From: a virus
Taxonomy: Duplodnaviria; Caudoviricetes
Virus record (IMG/VR): IMGVR_UViG_3300048598_000494
Span: 1 to 50,965 of that record
Direction: 5' to 3' (one strand)
DNA length: 50,965 nucleotides
A program made the translations under genes and the position numbers. Below the pieces are notes generated by a model. That model saw only the letters and a program-made list of their open reading frames with translations, was not told the origin of the DNA and searched no databases. This document shows, piece by piece, positions 1 through 8,078 of the stretch (within the stretch, counting starts at the first letter, position 1; every line of letters starts with the position of its first letter).

Positions 1-1728
1 GTGGCGGCGGATCTCGACGTCGCCCACCTCGAGGCGATCGCCGTCGCGACCGAGGCGGACGACGCCGAGCCGCCGCCGCCGGCCGTCTTCGCCCGCGCCG
101 AGACGATCGTCGTTCCCGCCGCCGAGGGCGGACCGTCGGTGATGGTGATCGCGCCGAGCGCCGCCAAGCGCGCCGCCACGGCGGCCTTCCTCGCCGCCCA
201 CCCGGCCGAACGCGGCCGCATCGCCGTCGCCGCGCCGCGGGCGATCCGCCGGGCGCTGATCGAGCGCTGGGCCCCGGCGCTCGGCCGACGGGCGGTCCGC
301 ACGATGCTCGACCGCGAGCCCGTCGTGTCGGCGGCGCATCTGCCGAGCCTCGGCCGACCGCTCCTTGCCGTCATCGCCCTCCTCGTCGTCGCGGTGACGG
401 TCATCGGATCGCCCGGACCGATCCTCGCGACCTGGACCTTCGTGTTCCTGATCATCGGCCTCTTCCGCCTGCTGGTCGCCGAGACCGGCCAGCCGCCGCC
501 GCCACCGCCGCTCGCCGAGGGCGATCTGCCGCGTTTCGCCGTGCTGGTGCCGGTCCATCGCGAGGAGGCGGTCGTCGACGATCTGGTCACCGCCCTGTCG
601 CGGCTCGACTATCCCGCCGACCGGCTCGATCTGCGGCTGGTGGTGGAGGCCGACGACCTCGCCACCCGCGCCGCCGCCGAGCGCGCCACGGCCGACACCG
701 CGATCGAGACGGTGATCGTGCCGCCGTCGCGGCCGCGCACCAAGCCGAAGGCGCTCGACTTCGCGCTGGCGACCGTCGATGCCGACTTCGTCACCGTCTA
801 CGACGCCGAGGACCGCCCCGACCCGGATCAGCTGCGCCGCGCCGCCGCCGCCTTCGCCTGCGGACCCGCCGATCTCGCCGTGGTCCAGGCGGCGCTGGAG
901 ATCGACCACGCCGCCGATGCCCGCCCGTGGTTGGTGCGCCAGTTCGAGATCGAATACGCCATGCTCTTCCACGGCCTGCTGCCGTGGCTCGCCGAACGTC
1001 GGCTGTTCCTGCCGCTCGGCGGCACGTCGAACCACTTCCGCCGCGACGCGCTGCTGTCGGTCGGCGGCTGGGATCCGCACAACGTCACCGAGGACGCCGA
1101 CGTCGGCGTGCGTCTGGTGCGCGCCGGCTGGCACGCCGGCGTCGTCGCCTCGGTCACCCGCGAGGAGGCGCCGACCGGCCTCGGCGCCTGGTTCGCCCAG
1201 CGCACCCGCTGGATGAAGGGGTGGATGCAGACCTGGTTCACCCACATGGGCCGGCCGCGACGGTTCCACGGCGATCTCGCCCCGCGCGACGCGGTGGCCG
1301 TCCACATCGTGCTGGCCGGCCAGGTCCTGTCGGCGGCGACCTTCCTGCCGAGCCTGATCCTGATGGCGCTGCAGCTCGCCGGCGTGCTGCCGCTCTTCAA
1401 CGATTCCGGGATCGAGGCCGACGTCCTGTCGCTGGCCGCGCTCGCCGCCTTCGCCACCGGCCTCGTCGGCGCGCTGATTCTGGCGCTGACGGTCGCGCCG
1501 CGCGTCGGCCGGCGCTTCCGCCTCGGCGATCTGGCGACCATGCCGCTCTACTGGTGCGCGATCTCGCTCGCCACCTACGCCGCGATCGTCGAACTGCTGC
1601 GCGCGCCGGCGCACTGGAACAAGACGCCGCACGGCCTCGCGGCCCGCCTCGCCGAAGACGCCGCGGCGACGACGTCGCAGCCGACGACCACCCGCGAGGG
1701 CTTGCACGGAGCCCCCGCCGAAGGGTAA
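1..1728 (+). CDS. Host membrane glycosyltransferase, family 2 (may extend upstream of the window)
   Basis: GT2 motifs KPKALD, YDAED, TED, QRTRW and flanking TM segments; begins at the window edge. Confidence 0.9.
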   Translation: MAADLDVAHLEAIAVATEADDAEPPPPAVFARAETIVVPAAEGGPSVMVIAPSAAKRAATAAFLAAHPAERGRIAVAAPRAIRRALIERWAPALGRRAVRTMLDREPVVSAAHLPSLGRPLLAVIALLVVAVTVIGSPGPILATWTFVFLIIGLFRLLVAETGQPPPPPPLAEGDLPRFAVLVPVHREEAVVDDLVTALSRLDYPADRLDLRLVVEADDLATRAAAERATADTAIETVIVPPSRPRTKPKALDFALATVDADFVTVYDAEDRPDPDQLRRAAAAFACGPADLAVVQAALEIDHAADARPWLVRQFEIEYAMLFHGLLPWLAERRLFLPLGGTSNHFRRDALLSVGGWDPHNVTEDADVGVRLVRAGWHAGVVASVTREEAPTGLGAWFAQRTRWMKGWMQTWFTHMGRPRRFHGDLAPRDAVAVHIVLAGQVLSAATFLPSLILMALQLAGVLPLFNDSGIEADVLSLAALAAFATGLVGALILALTVAPRVGRRFRLGDLATMPLYWCAISLATYAAIVELLRAPAHWNKTPHGLAARLAEDAAATTSQPTTTREGLHGAPAEG

Positions 1729-1731
1729 GAG
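1702..1731 (+). promoter_or_regulatory. Putative host tRNA promoter
   Basis: TTGCAC (1702-1707), 18 nt, TAAGAG (1726-1731), just upstream of the tRNA 5' fragment. Confidence 0.5.
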
Positions 1732-1743
1732 AGGTTGCTTCGA

Positions 1744-1765
1744 GCGGGTGTAGTTCAGAGGTAGA
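1744..1765 (+). tRNA. 5' fragment of tRNA-Gly; probable att core (left junction), not an intact tRNA
   Basis: GCGGGTGTAGTTCAGAGGTAGA matches a tRNA-Gly acceptor 5' strand and D arm, then breaks into AT-rich sequence. Confidence 0.75.
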
Positions 1766-1860
1766 TTTTAATTGTTTTTTATTTTCAATTTCTTGGACAA
1801 TGACGCTTTGTTTTTGAAGAGCATTGTTTGACAATGCTTTTTTGCAGACATTGTCCCACC
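1766..1860. repeat. att arm: CATTGTY/GACAATG repeats, IHF-like site and TTGTCCCAC motif
   Basis: Four CATTGT-type copies (~1796, 1822, 1830, 1849); TTTCAAtttcTTG at 1783-1795; GTCCCAC recurs at 50918 and inverted at 50946. Confidence 0.55.
1820..1843 (+). terminator. Possible intrinsic terminator within the att arm
   Basis: AGCATTGT-TTG-ACAATGCT hairpin followed by a T run. Confidence 0.4.
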
Positions 1861-1871
1861 CCGAAAGTCGG

Positions 1872-2723
1872 CTAACCGAACAGACCGGGCGCTCGCGGAT
1901 GACGCGGCATCCCCCGCGGCGTGATCACCAACTCGCCGACGTCCTTCGGGGCGCCGGCGCCGATCGTGTACGTGAGAGAGACGGGCGCCTGGTCGAACGC
2001 CGCGAAGATCTCGCGCACCTCCAGCGTGTCGTTGATCGACAGCACGAAACGCCCGGCGATCCCGGCGAGCGCGTCGGCCAACCGCCGGAAGTCTGAACGG
2101 TCGAAGGTGCCGGCGCCATAGTCGCCCTCGCAGCCCCAGTAGGGCGGGTCGAGATAGAACAACGCGTCGGGTCCGTCGTATCGCGCGATGAAGGCGTCGT
2201 AGCCGAGGTTTTCGATGATGACGCCGGACAGGCGCTCGTTGATCGCCTCGAGCATCGGCCCGAGCTTGCCCACGTCGAAGCGGCCGGGCATCCCGGGCGA
2301 AACGCCGAAGGAGCGGCCGGAGACCTTCCCGCCGAACGCCAGGCGCTGCAGGTAGAGGAAGCGGGCCGCCCGCTCGAGATCGGTCAACGTGGCCGGGTCG
2401 GTGGTGACGAGCCGATCGAAGTCGCGCCGGGTGGTGAACTGCCACTTCAGCATGTCCATGAACGGCACGTAGTGGCGCTGCAGGATGCGAAAGAGGGTCG
2501 TCACGCAGCCGGAGCGGTCGTTGATCACTTCCGCCTGTGGGGCCCGGCGGCGGCGGAAGAAGACGCCGCCCATGCCGACGAAGGGCTCGGCATAGGTGGC
2601 GTGGGGGATCTCCTCGATCAGATCGACGAGCATCGGCGCCAACTGCTTCTTGCCGCCGATGTAGGCGGCGGGCGGAGAAATGGGCCGGACGGAGCGGTGG
2701 GTGAAGGTCTCCATTGAGAACAT
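1872..2723 (-). CDS. D12-class (Dam-like) N6-adenine DNA methyltransferase
   Basis: YIGGK, EPFVGMGGV, IND and DPPY motifs; start may be ATG at 2714. Confidence 0.93.
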   Translation of the reverse strand: MFSMETFTHRSVRPISPPAAYIGGKKQLAPMLVDLIEEIPHATYAEPFVGMGGVFFRRRRAPQAEVINDRSGCVTTLFRILQRHYVPFMDMLKWQFTTRRDFDRLVTTDPATLTDLERAARFLYLQRLAFGGKVSGRSFGVSPGMPGRFDVGKLGPMLEAINERLSGVIIENLGYDAFIARYDGPDALFYLDPPYWGCEGDYGAGTFDRSDFRRLADALAGIAGRFVLSINDTLEVREIFAAFDQAPVSLTYTIGAGAPKDVGELVITPRGMPRHPRAPGLFG

Positions 2724-2732
2724 CTCGCGAAC
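2718..2732. promoter_or_regulatory. Alphaproteobacterial LexA (SOS) box
   Basis: GAAC-ATCTCGC-GAAC is an exact GAAC-N7-GAAC; overlaps the methylase start and a TTGAGA-N17-TACCCG plus-strand promoter candidate. Confidence 0.65.
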
Positions 2733-2762
2733 ATGCTACCCGGCGAAGCGCGCTCGAGCGCA

Positions 2763-2853
2763 CGGCGGGAGACTTCGCATGCCGGGTCTCGCAGGGTCGT
2801 CTTGGCGGATGGACCTGCGGCGGAAGGCGCTGATGCGCCATGACGCCCCGCCG
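2763..2853. ncRNA. Candidate structured RNA, perfect four-way junction (strand uncertain)
   Basis: P1 2763-2768/2848-2853, P2 2769-2790, P3 2791-2818, P4 2819-2847, with no unpaired junction bases. Confidence 0.55.
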
Positions 2854-2875
2854 GCTCGGTCGACGGGGTCTACGG

Positions 2876-3133
2876 TCAGGGGTGGCCGCCCCCCTTGAGC
2901 GAGGCCCAGACGGCACCGGCGATGCCTGCCACGATGATCGTAACGAGGGCGATGAAGCTCTTGCGCTTGATTTCCTCGGTTGACTCTCGCCACGACCGCA
3001 GATGGGCGAAGTCCTTCTGCATGATGATCGGGTCTTCGACCTCGACGCCGATCGAAGTCAGGGTCGCCCGGACGGTCTCGGCGATCAGCTCGCGAAGTTG
3101 CGCCTCGGTGAGATTCATGGACTGCTCGCTCAT
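2876..3133 (-). CDS. Small phage membrane protein (lysis-cassette associated)
   Basis: 85 aa, C-terminal TM helix, follows the spanins. Confidence 0.7.
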   Translation of the reverse strand: MSEQSMNLTEAQLRELIAETVRATLTSIGVEVEDPIIMQKDFAHLRSWRESTEEIKRKSFIALVTIIVAGIAGAVWASLKGGGHP

Positions 3134-3226
3134 AATGGCCTCGCGTCGTCGAAGTCGATCTGTGGATCAGGCGGCCGGTATCGCGCGCCGAACCGGGCCG
3201 CTCGGGCCGGCGCTTGGGAGATCATG

Positions 3227-3448
3227 ATGTCCGGCAAACAAGAGCCTCGGCGCCTGCCTGCGCCCTGGCGCGTCGAAGAGATCGCCGCGGCCTATCTGGT
3301 GGTCGACGCCATGGGACGCCGGATCGCGCACGTCTATTTCGAAGACGAGAAGAGCCGACGCGATATCGCGAACCTCCTCACGAAGGACGAGGCCAGGAGG
3401 GTCGCGCGGGCCATTGCTCGCCTGCCGGAGATCCTGCCGAAGGCGTGA
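3227..3448 (+). CDS. Small hypothetical protein, moron-like, opposite to the late operon
   Basis: GGGAG RBS; PWRVEE...VYFEDE...LLTKDEARRVA resembles a small conserved rhizobial protein. Confidence 0.7.
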   Translation: MSGKQEPRRLPAPWRVEEIAAAYLVVDAMGRRIAHVYFEDEKSRRDIANLLTKDEARRVARAIARLPEILPKA

Positions 3449-3487
3449 TCACTGTCGCCTCCCGATCGCGGCGCGCGGGCGGTTTCG

Positions 3488-3787
3488 TCAGGGGATCGTG
3501 GCGCCTCCGCGAAGTCTCCCGTCGCGGTCGATGTAGAAGCGCACCAGCGCTTCGTGTCGGACGCGGCACACCCGGGCGGCCGTGTAGGCCGCCGCCAGCG
3601 CCTTGACGACGTCGGCCTTGCGACCGCTCGCGAGTGGCGCGGGCGCAGGGACAGGCGACGTCAGTTCCACCGGAGGCGGGTCGGCGCGGACGCCGGCGCC
3701 GATCGGGTCAACGCTGCTTGTTGATCTCGCGCACGCTGCCAGCGTCGAGGCAGTCGCGATCACGATCAGGGTCGACATCAGCCGCAT
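3488..3787 (-). CDS. Outer-membrane spanin lipoprotein (Rz1-like)
   Basis: Lipobox LAAC, Pro-rich, overlaps the 3' end of the Rz-like gene. Confidence 0.75.
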   Translation of the reverse strand: MRLMSTLIVIATASTLAACARSTSSVDPIGAGVRADPPPVELTSPVPAPAPLASGRKADVVKALAAAYTAARVCRVRHEALVRFYIDRDGRLRGGATIP

Positions 3788-4124
3788 GGGTCAGGTCCTC
3801 GAGGGCTTGGGCGAGATCGTCGCGCTCGCGGCGGAGCGCGACGGCGGCTCGTTCGGAGGCGGCGACCGCCTCGGCGTTGGCGCGCGCCTGGCGCTGGCGC
3901 TCCTCGTCGGCGGCGGCCCGCCAAACCTCGCGCTCGGTGGCCTTGCCTTCGCGAACGCCGGCCTCGTGGGCGGCCTCGACGCGCTCGGCGGCATCCCACG
4001 TCGCGGAAACGGCGTGGAAGCCGCAGGCGGCCACGAGAACGACGACGAGCGCCGCCCATCCGACGAGGCGAGCGGCTGCGTCGTCCAATCCGGTCAGCCT
4101 GGCGATGATCGCGATCGGGTTCAT
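3708..4124 (-). CDS. Inner-membrane spanin (Rz-like)
   Basis: N-terminal TM, coiled coil, C-terminal Cys. Confidence 0.75.
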   Translation of the reverse strand: MNPIAIIARLTGLDDAAARLVGWAALVVVLVAACGFHAVSATWDAAERVEAAHEAGVREGKATEREVWRAAADEERQRQARANAEAVAASERAAVALRRERDDLAQALEDLTHAADVDPDRDRDCLDAGSVREINKQR

Positions 4125-4420
4125 TGCTCGCCCCCCGGGTCGCGCCGAACAGGGGCGTCGTCATAGGACGGCGCCGGCGGGCGATCGAAGCGCGGCGGAT
4201 CGTCGAACCGGCCATGCTTCATGCGGTTGAGGTCGTCCCACGCGGCGCCGCCGATGTAGGAACCGACCGTCATCCCGGCGAGAAGCGAGAGCGCCGAGAC
4301 GATGTCGCGCGCGAGCGCCGTATCGGCGCCGAACATCGTCAGATACCCGACCGCCCAAGCACAGAACCCGAGCGTGCCGAACACCGCCCAACGGCGCCAG
4401 AACCATGAGGTCTCGACCAT
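4121..4420 (-). CDS. Holin-like protein
   Basis: 99 aa, two TM helices, charged tail, directly after the endolysin. Confidence 0.7.
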   Translation of the reverse strand: MVETSWFWRRWAVFGTLGFCAWAVGYLTMFGADTALARDIVSALSLLAGMTVGSYIGGAAWDDLNRMKHGRFDDPPRFDRPPAPSYDDAPVRRDPGGEQ

Positions 4421-4423
4421 GGG

Positions 4424-5260
4424 TCAGCCCCTTTCCGCGAGCGCGGCCTCGATCGCCGCCCACGTCTTCGGCCCCGGGTCGCCGTCGGCGACGAGACCGT
4501 GATCGCCCTGGAAGCGGATCACCGCCGCGCGGGTGCGCGGGCCGGCGACGCCGTCGGCCGTGAGCGGGCCGTAACCGAGATCGGTCAACGCGCGCTGCAG
4601 CTCGACCACCGAGCGGCCCGGCGGCGGATCGGCCGGACGCGGCGGCGCGGACGCCGGGGCCGATCCGCCGAGAACCGCCACCCGGAACGCCGGGAGGTCG
4701 AAGGCCGGGCCGGGGTCGACCTTGCGCGCCGGCGCGATGTCCTCGTGTCCGCAGACGTCCTCGAACCCGTAGGCCGCCTCGAGCGCGCGGGCGACCGCGA
4801 GGGCGGTCTCGATCTGGCGCGCCGGGTACGTGTGCCAGCCGCGGCGCCCGCCGCCGTGCTTGTGCTCGGCGACGAGAACACGATCGTCGGGGACGGGCCG
4901 TCCGGCGAAGGTCCACCGCCCCGGCGCGCCGTCGAGCTCGCCGTAGTTCGCCATCTCGATCCCGATCGAGTTGCTGTTCATGGCCGTGCAGCCGTGCCAC
5001 TCGCTCTTCCCGGCGTGCCAGGTCGCCCGGTCGAACGGCGCAAGCTGCACGACATCGCCGGCTTCGGAGATCACGAGGTGCGCCGACGCCTTGGCCTCGG
5101 GGTTGCAGAGCCATTCGACCGCGCCGTTGAAGCCGCCGGACGTGAAGTGCATCACGAGGAAGCGAGGATTGCACTCGCCGCCGAGGTTCGGGGTCGGACG
5201 GAACGGCACGCGGACGCCATCGGCGAGCAAGCGCCCGCCGGAAACAGAGTAGGTGATCAT
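4424..5260 (-). CDS. Endolysin: Amidase_2 N-acetylmuramoyl-L-alanine amidase with C-terminal peptidoglycan-binding domain
   Basis: VMHFT, SAH, WHAG, SIGIE, GHEDI..RKVDPG; LQRAL..LGY..DG..GP.T repeat. Confidence 0.93.
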   Translation of the reverse strand: MITYSVSGGRLLADGVRVPFRPTPNLGGECNPRFLVMHFTSGGFNGAVEWLCNPEAKASAHLVISEAGDVVQLAPFDRATWHAGKSEWHGCTAMNSNSIGIEMANYGELDGAPGRWTFAGRPVPDDRVLVAEHKHGGGRRGWHTYPARQIETALAVARALEAAYGFEDVCGHEDIAPARKVDPGPAFDLPAFRVAVLGGSAPASAPPRPADPPPGRSVVELQRALTDLGYGPLTADGVAGPRTRAAVIRFQGDHGLVADGDPGPKTWAAIEAALAERG

Positions 5261-5268
5261 GGGGAACC

Positions 5269-5691
5269 TCAGTCGATCGCCTCGACGCGGACGCGCACGA
5301 GGCCGGAAAATCCGAGATGAGATGCGGCGGCGACGGAGAGGTCGACGCAGCGGCCGGCGATGTAAGGCCCGCGATCGCGCACGGGGGCGGTGATCACGGC
5401 GCCGTTGTCGAGGCGGGTGATGCGGACACGAGAGCCGAGACGATGGCGGCGATGGGCAACCAGCACCTCGGCGCGGGATCGGGCGCGCGACCAGCGCGAG
5501 CCGTCGGCGAGGCGCGATCCCTCGTCGAACACCGAGGCGATACAGGTCTCGCCGCCGCCCGGGCGCACCGCGTCGAGGCGGGTGCCAGAAAGGCTGGCGA
5601 GATAGACCTCGGTCGCCTCATGGGCGGCAGAAGGGAAGGCGCAGGCGAGCGCCAGCGCGACGCCGAGAAGCGCCGTCAGGAGGTGTCGCAT
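5269..5691 (-). CDS. RlpA-like (DPBB) lytic transglycosylase with signal peptide
   Basis: AHR..LGSRVRIT, DRGPY..GR.VDLS motifs; Sec-type N terminus. Confidence 0.85.
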   Translation of the reverse strand: MRHLLTALLGVALALACAFPSAAHEATEVYLASLSGTRLDAVRPGGGETCIASVFDEGSRLADGSRWSRARSRAEVLVAHRRHRLGSRVRITRLDNGAVITAPVRDRGPYIAGRCVDLSVAAASHLGFSGLVRVRVEAID

Positions 5692-5708
5692 GGGATTCCC
5701 TTTGGGTT

Positions 5709-6434
5709 TCAGGCCGCCATAAGGATCGCGGCGGAGCGTGACCGGCGGCGAGACCGGGCAACGAGTGTCACGGGGGCGAGGGTCGCGACCAGTGAGGCCG
5801 ACACTGCCGCACGAGCCGTCGAGATGGCGTCCGCGGGTGCCGGCGAGACCTGGACCGAGGCCGCGACATAGGCGGCAGCCGAGGCCGACAGGCCCGCCGG
5901 AGCGAGTGTAGCCACGACCGTTGCCGAAGCCCGCGCCGCCGCCACCGCCGACGAGGTGATGGCCGCCAGCGTCGACGACACAGATCCCGACACGCGCGAG
6001 GACGCCGAGGCCGACAGGCCCATCGGGGCGAGCGTAGCCGCGGCCGTCGCCGATGCCCGTACCGTCGCCGGGGCTGATGAGGTGACGCCCGCCAGGGTCG
6101 ATGCCACCGTCGCCGATGCCCGCACCGTCGCCGAGGCCGACGAGGTCACCGCCGCAAGGGTCGTCGACACTGCCGCCGAGGCCCGCGCCGTCGCCGAGGC
6201 CGACGAGGTCGCCGCCGCAGGGGTCGTCGACACCGTCGCCGAGGCTCGCGCCGTCGCCGAGGCCGACGAGGTCACCGCCGCAAGGGTCGTCGACACTGCC
6301 GCCGAGGCTCGCGCCGTCGCCGAGGCCGACGAGGTCGCCGCCGCAAGGGTCGCAACCACGACGGCCGATCGGGCCGCCAGAGCAGCGGGCCGTGTCGCCA
6401 GGGGCAGCGTTGCGAGCGGGGTGCCGCCGAGCAT
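5709..6434 (-). CDS. Ala/Ser/Thr-rich 21-aa repeat protein, probably virion fibre associated
   Basis: About 9 TLAAxTSSASATARASAxVST-like units; operonic spacing with neighbours. Confidence 0.7.
   Translation of the reverse strand: MLGGTPLATLPLATRPAALAARSAVVVATLAAATSSASATARASAAVSTTLAAVTSSASATARASATVSTTPAAATSSASATARASAAVSTTLAAVTSSASATVRASATVASTLAGVTSSAPATVRASATAAATLAPMGLSASASSRVSGSVSSTLAAITSSAVAAARASATVVATLAPAGLSASAAAYVAASVQVSPAPADAISTARAAVSASLVATLAPVTLVARSRRRSRSAAILMAA
5780..6352 (-). repeat. 63-bp coding tandem repeat
   Basis: Near-identical units at 6100-6350, degenerate towards 5780. Confidence 0.85.
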
Positions 6435-6436
6435 GG

Positions 6437-6868
6437 TCAGACCTCGATCATCGCGTCGATCTGCGCGTAGGTGGTGACAGATCCGGCCGCGATCGCCTCG
6501 TCGACGGCTCGCTCAGCGGCGAAACAACGCTGGACATGGGCGGCGACGGCCAATGCGATATTGAGGATCTCGTCGGCCGAAAGAGTGGTCCAGCCGCTCG
6601 CGGCCTTGAACTCGACGCTCGCCGCGCCTGAGGCCTGCATATAGCCGACTGCTCCGGCAATCATCGATTGACTGCTGCGCGACGTGTCGATTGTCGCATC
6701 GCCGACCACGAGGCCGCCGGTTTCGACCGCGTAGCGACGCGCTGCAGCATGGGTTCGCAGATCATCAGCCGTCGGAGACGTGGGCACGAGAGCCGCAGCC
6801 TCGGCCGCCGAGAGCGCGACGACGGCGAGAACGTCCGTCGACAGGTCCATCACGATGCGCTCGGCCAT
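6437..6868 (-). CDS. DUF4376-like tail fibre assembly protein
   Basis: RRYAVETGG..T.R.SQ..I, HVQRCF..E pattern; follows a fibre gene. Confidence 0.8.
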   Translation of the reverse strand: MAERIVMDLSTDVLAVVALSAAEAAALVPTSPTADDLRTHAAARRYAVETGGLVVGDATIDTSRSSQSMIAGAVGYMQASGAASVEFKAASGWTTLSADEILNIALAVAAHVQRCFAAERAVDEAIAAGSVTTYAQIDAMIEV

Positions 6869-6871
6869 TGG

Positions 6872-7657
6872 TCACTCCCATGCGAGATTGATGAGCCCGG
6901 CACGGAACGTGTCGACGCCGTTCGTAGGGGTGATGCGCAGACGGTCGAGGACGCCGCCGAGGGCGATGCTTCCCGAGCCCATCAGCACAACGCCGCCGCT
7001 CGGCAGCGAGAGCTGGTGCTCCGAGGTCCAAACATTGCCGCCCATGTGCGAAAGGATCATTTGGCCGTGCAGGAGGTTGGAGCTCGACGTCGAGTAGATC
7101 CCGAACCCGGCCGTCGGCGAAGCTGTCGCCGGCGTAACACCGTTGGCAATGCCCGTGATCGATCCGACGTAGCCCGTGGTTTGAAAAGAGCCAGAGCCGA
7201 GTTGGACGAGCGGCACGCTCGAACCATTGGTCGCGACGCCGGCGAACATTACCGCCAGTCGCCGCGCCGTCGAGGGGATGCCGACGAAGTCGATGGCGAC
7301 GCCACTCGTCGAATTCACAGCGGCTCCGAGGGAGATACCGATATCTCCCGCCAACGCCGTCACGAACACCTGCGCATCGGACGTCAGGGCGACAGGAGAG
7401 GCGCCGGAGGTGCCGCCCTGGACGACTGTCCGGGTCAGCGTCGGCCCGCTCGACGAATAGGTGCCCTGCCCGAATTCCCAGATCGTTGCGACACCATTGG
7501 AGTAGCCGGATTCGGCCACGTAGGAGACGACGTCGCCATTCGCGACACCGGCAGCCGCGAACGTCTGCGCCCCCGTCACGGCCGATCCGAGCGTGATCGC
7601 GCCGGTACCGGGCGCGCTCGCCACGGTCATCCGGGCGCGGTTGGCCAGCTTTCCCAT
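6872..7657 (-). CDS. Tail fibre / receptor-binding protein 2
   Basis: NRARMT..GTGAITLGSA..WE.G.GTY..TLTRT N terminus; G/S/T rich. Confidence 0.7.
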   Translation of the reverse strand: MGKLANRARMTVASAPGTGAITLGSAVTGAQTFAAAGVANGDVVSYVAESGYSNGVATIWEFGQGTYSSSGPTLTRTVVQGGTSGASPVALTSDAQVFVTALAGDIGISLGAAVNSTSGVAIDFVGIPSTARRLAVMFAGVATNGSSVPLVQLGSGSFQTTGYVGSITGIANGVTPATASPTAGFGIYSTSSSNLLHGQMILSHMGGNVWTSEHQLSLPSGGVVLMGSGSIALGGVLDRLRITPTNGVDTFRAGLINLAWE

Positions 7658-7670
7658 CGCGCCCTCGAGG

Positions 7671-8072
7671 TCAGGGGTTGTTGTCGGTCAGGGTGAATGC
7701 ATTGACGGACAGCACCTGACCGACGGCGATGTTCGTGTTGTCGAACGACATGTCGCCGGACCCCAGGCCGCACGCCCCCTGGACGTGGCACGTCGTGCCC
7801 GCCGTGTCGGTGATGCGCCAATAGCCAGCCGTACCAGCGGCGACGGCCGCGCCGGTCCACGGGCCGCCTGCGATCGCCTTGGCGCCGGCTGCAGCATTGG
7901 TTTCCCAGTCGCTGGGCAGCGTGAGCGTCATCAGGAGGGTGCCGGTCGCCGCCGCCGCGCACGAGGCCGGTGCCGCTCCCGTGTAGATCAGGAGCTTGGG
8001 CGCGGTGCCGATTGCCGTCTCGATGGCGTCGAGGCGGGCATTGCGGACGGCGGTCGAAAACTGGATCGTCAT
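7671..8072 (-). CDS. Conserved phage virion protein (fibre module)
   Basis: RNARLDAI..LLIYTG..P..GTLL..GTAGYWRI pattern; location in the fibre module. Confidence 0.7.
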   Translation of the reverse strand: MTIQFSTAVRNARLDAIETAIGTAPKLLIYTGAAPASCAAAATGTLLMTLTLPSDWETNAAAGAKAIAGGPWTGAAVAAGTAGYWRITDTAGTTCHVQGACGLGSGDMSFDNTNIAVGQVLSVNAFTLTDNNP

Positions 8073-8078
8073 GAGACC

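Noticed and set aside
1744-1820. Intact tRNA-Gly
   Set aside because: Similarity stops after the D arm; no anticodon or T arm follows
2763-2853. Cloverleaf as a tRNA gene or retron msr-msd
   Set aside because: No TTCRA T loop, 7-nt anticodon loop or CCA end, and no reverse transcriptase in the window
5780-6352. CRISPR array
   Set aside because: Contiguous in-frame 63-bp coding repeats without unique spacers; no cas genes
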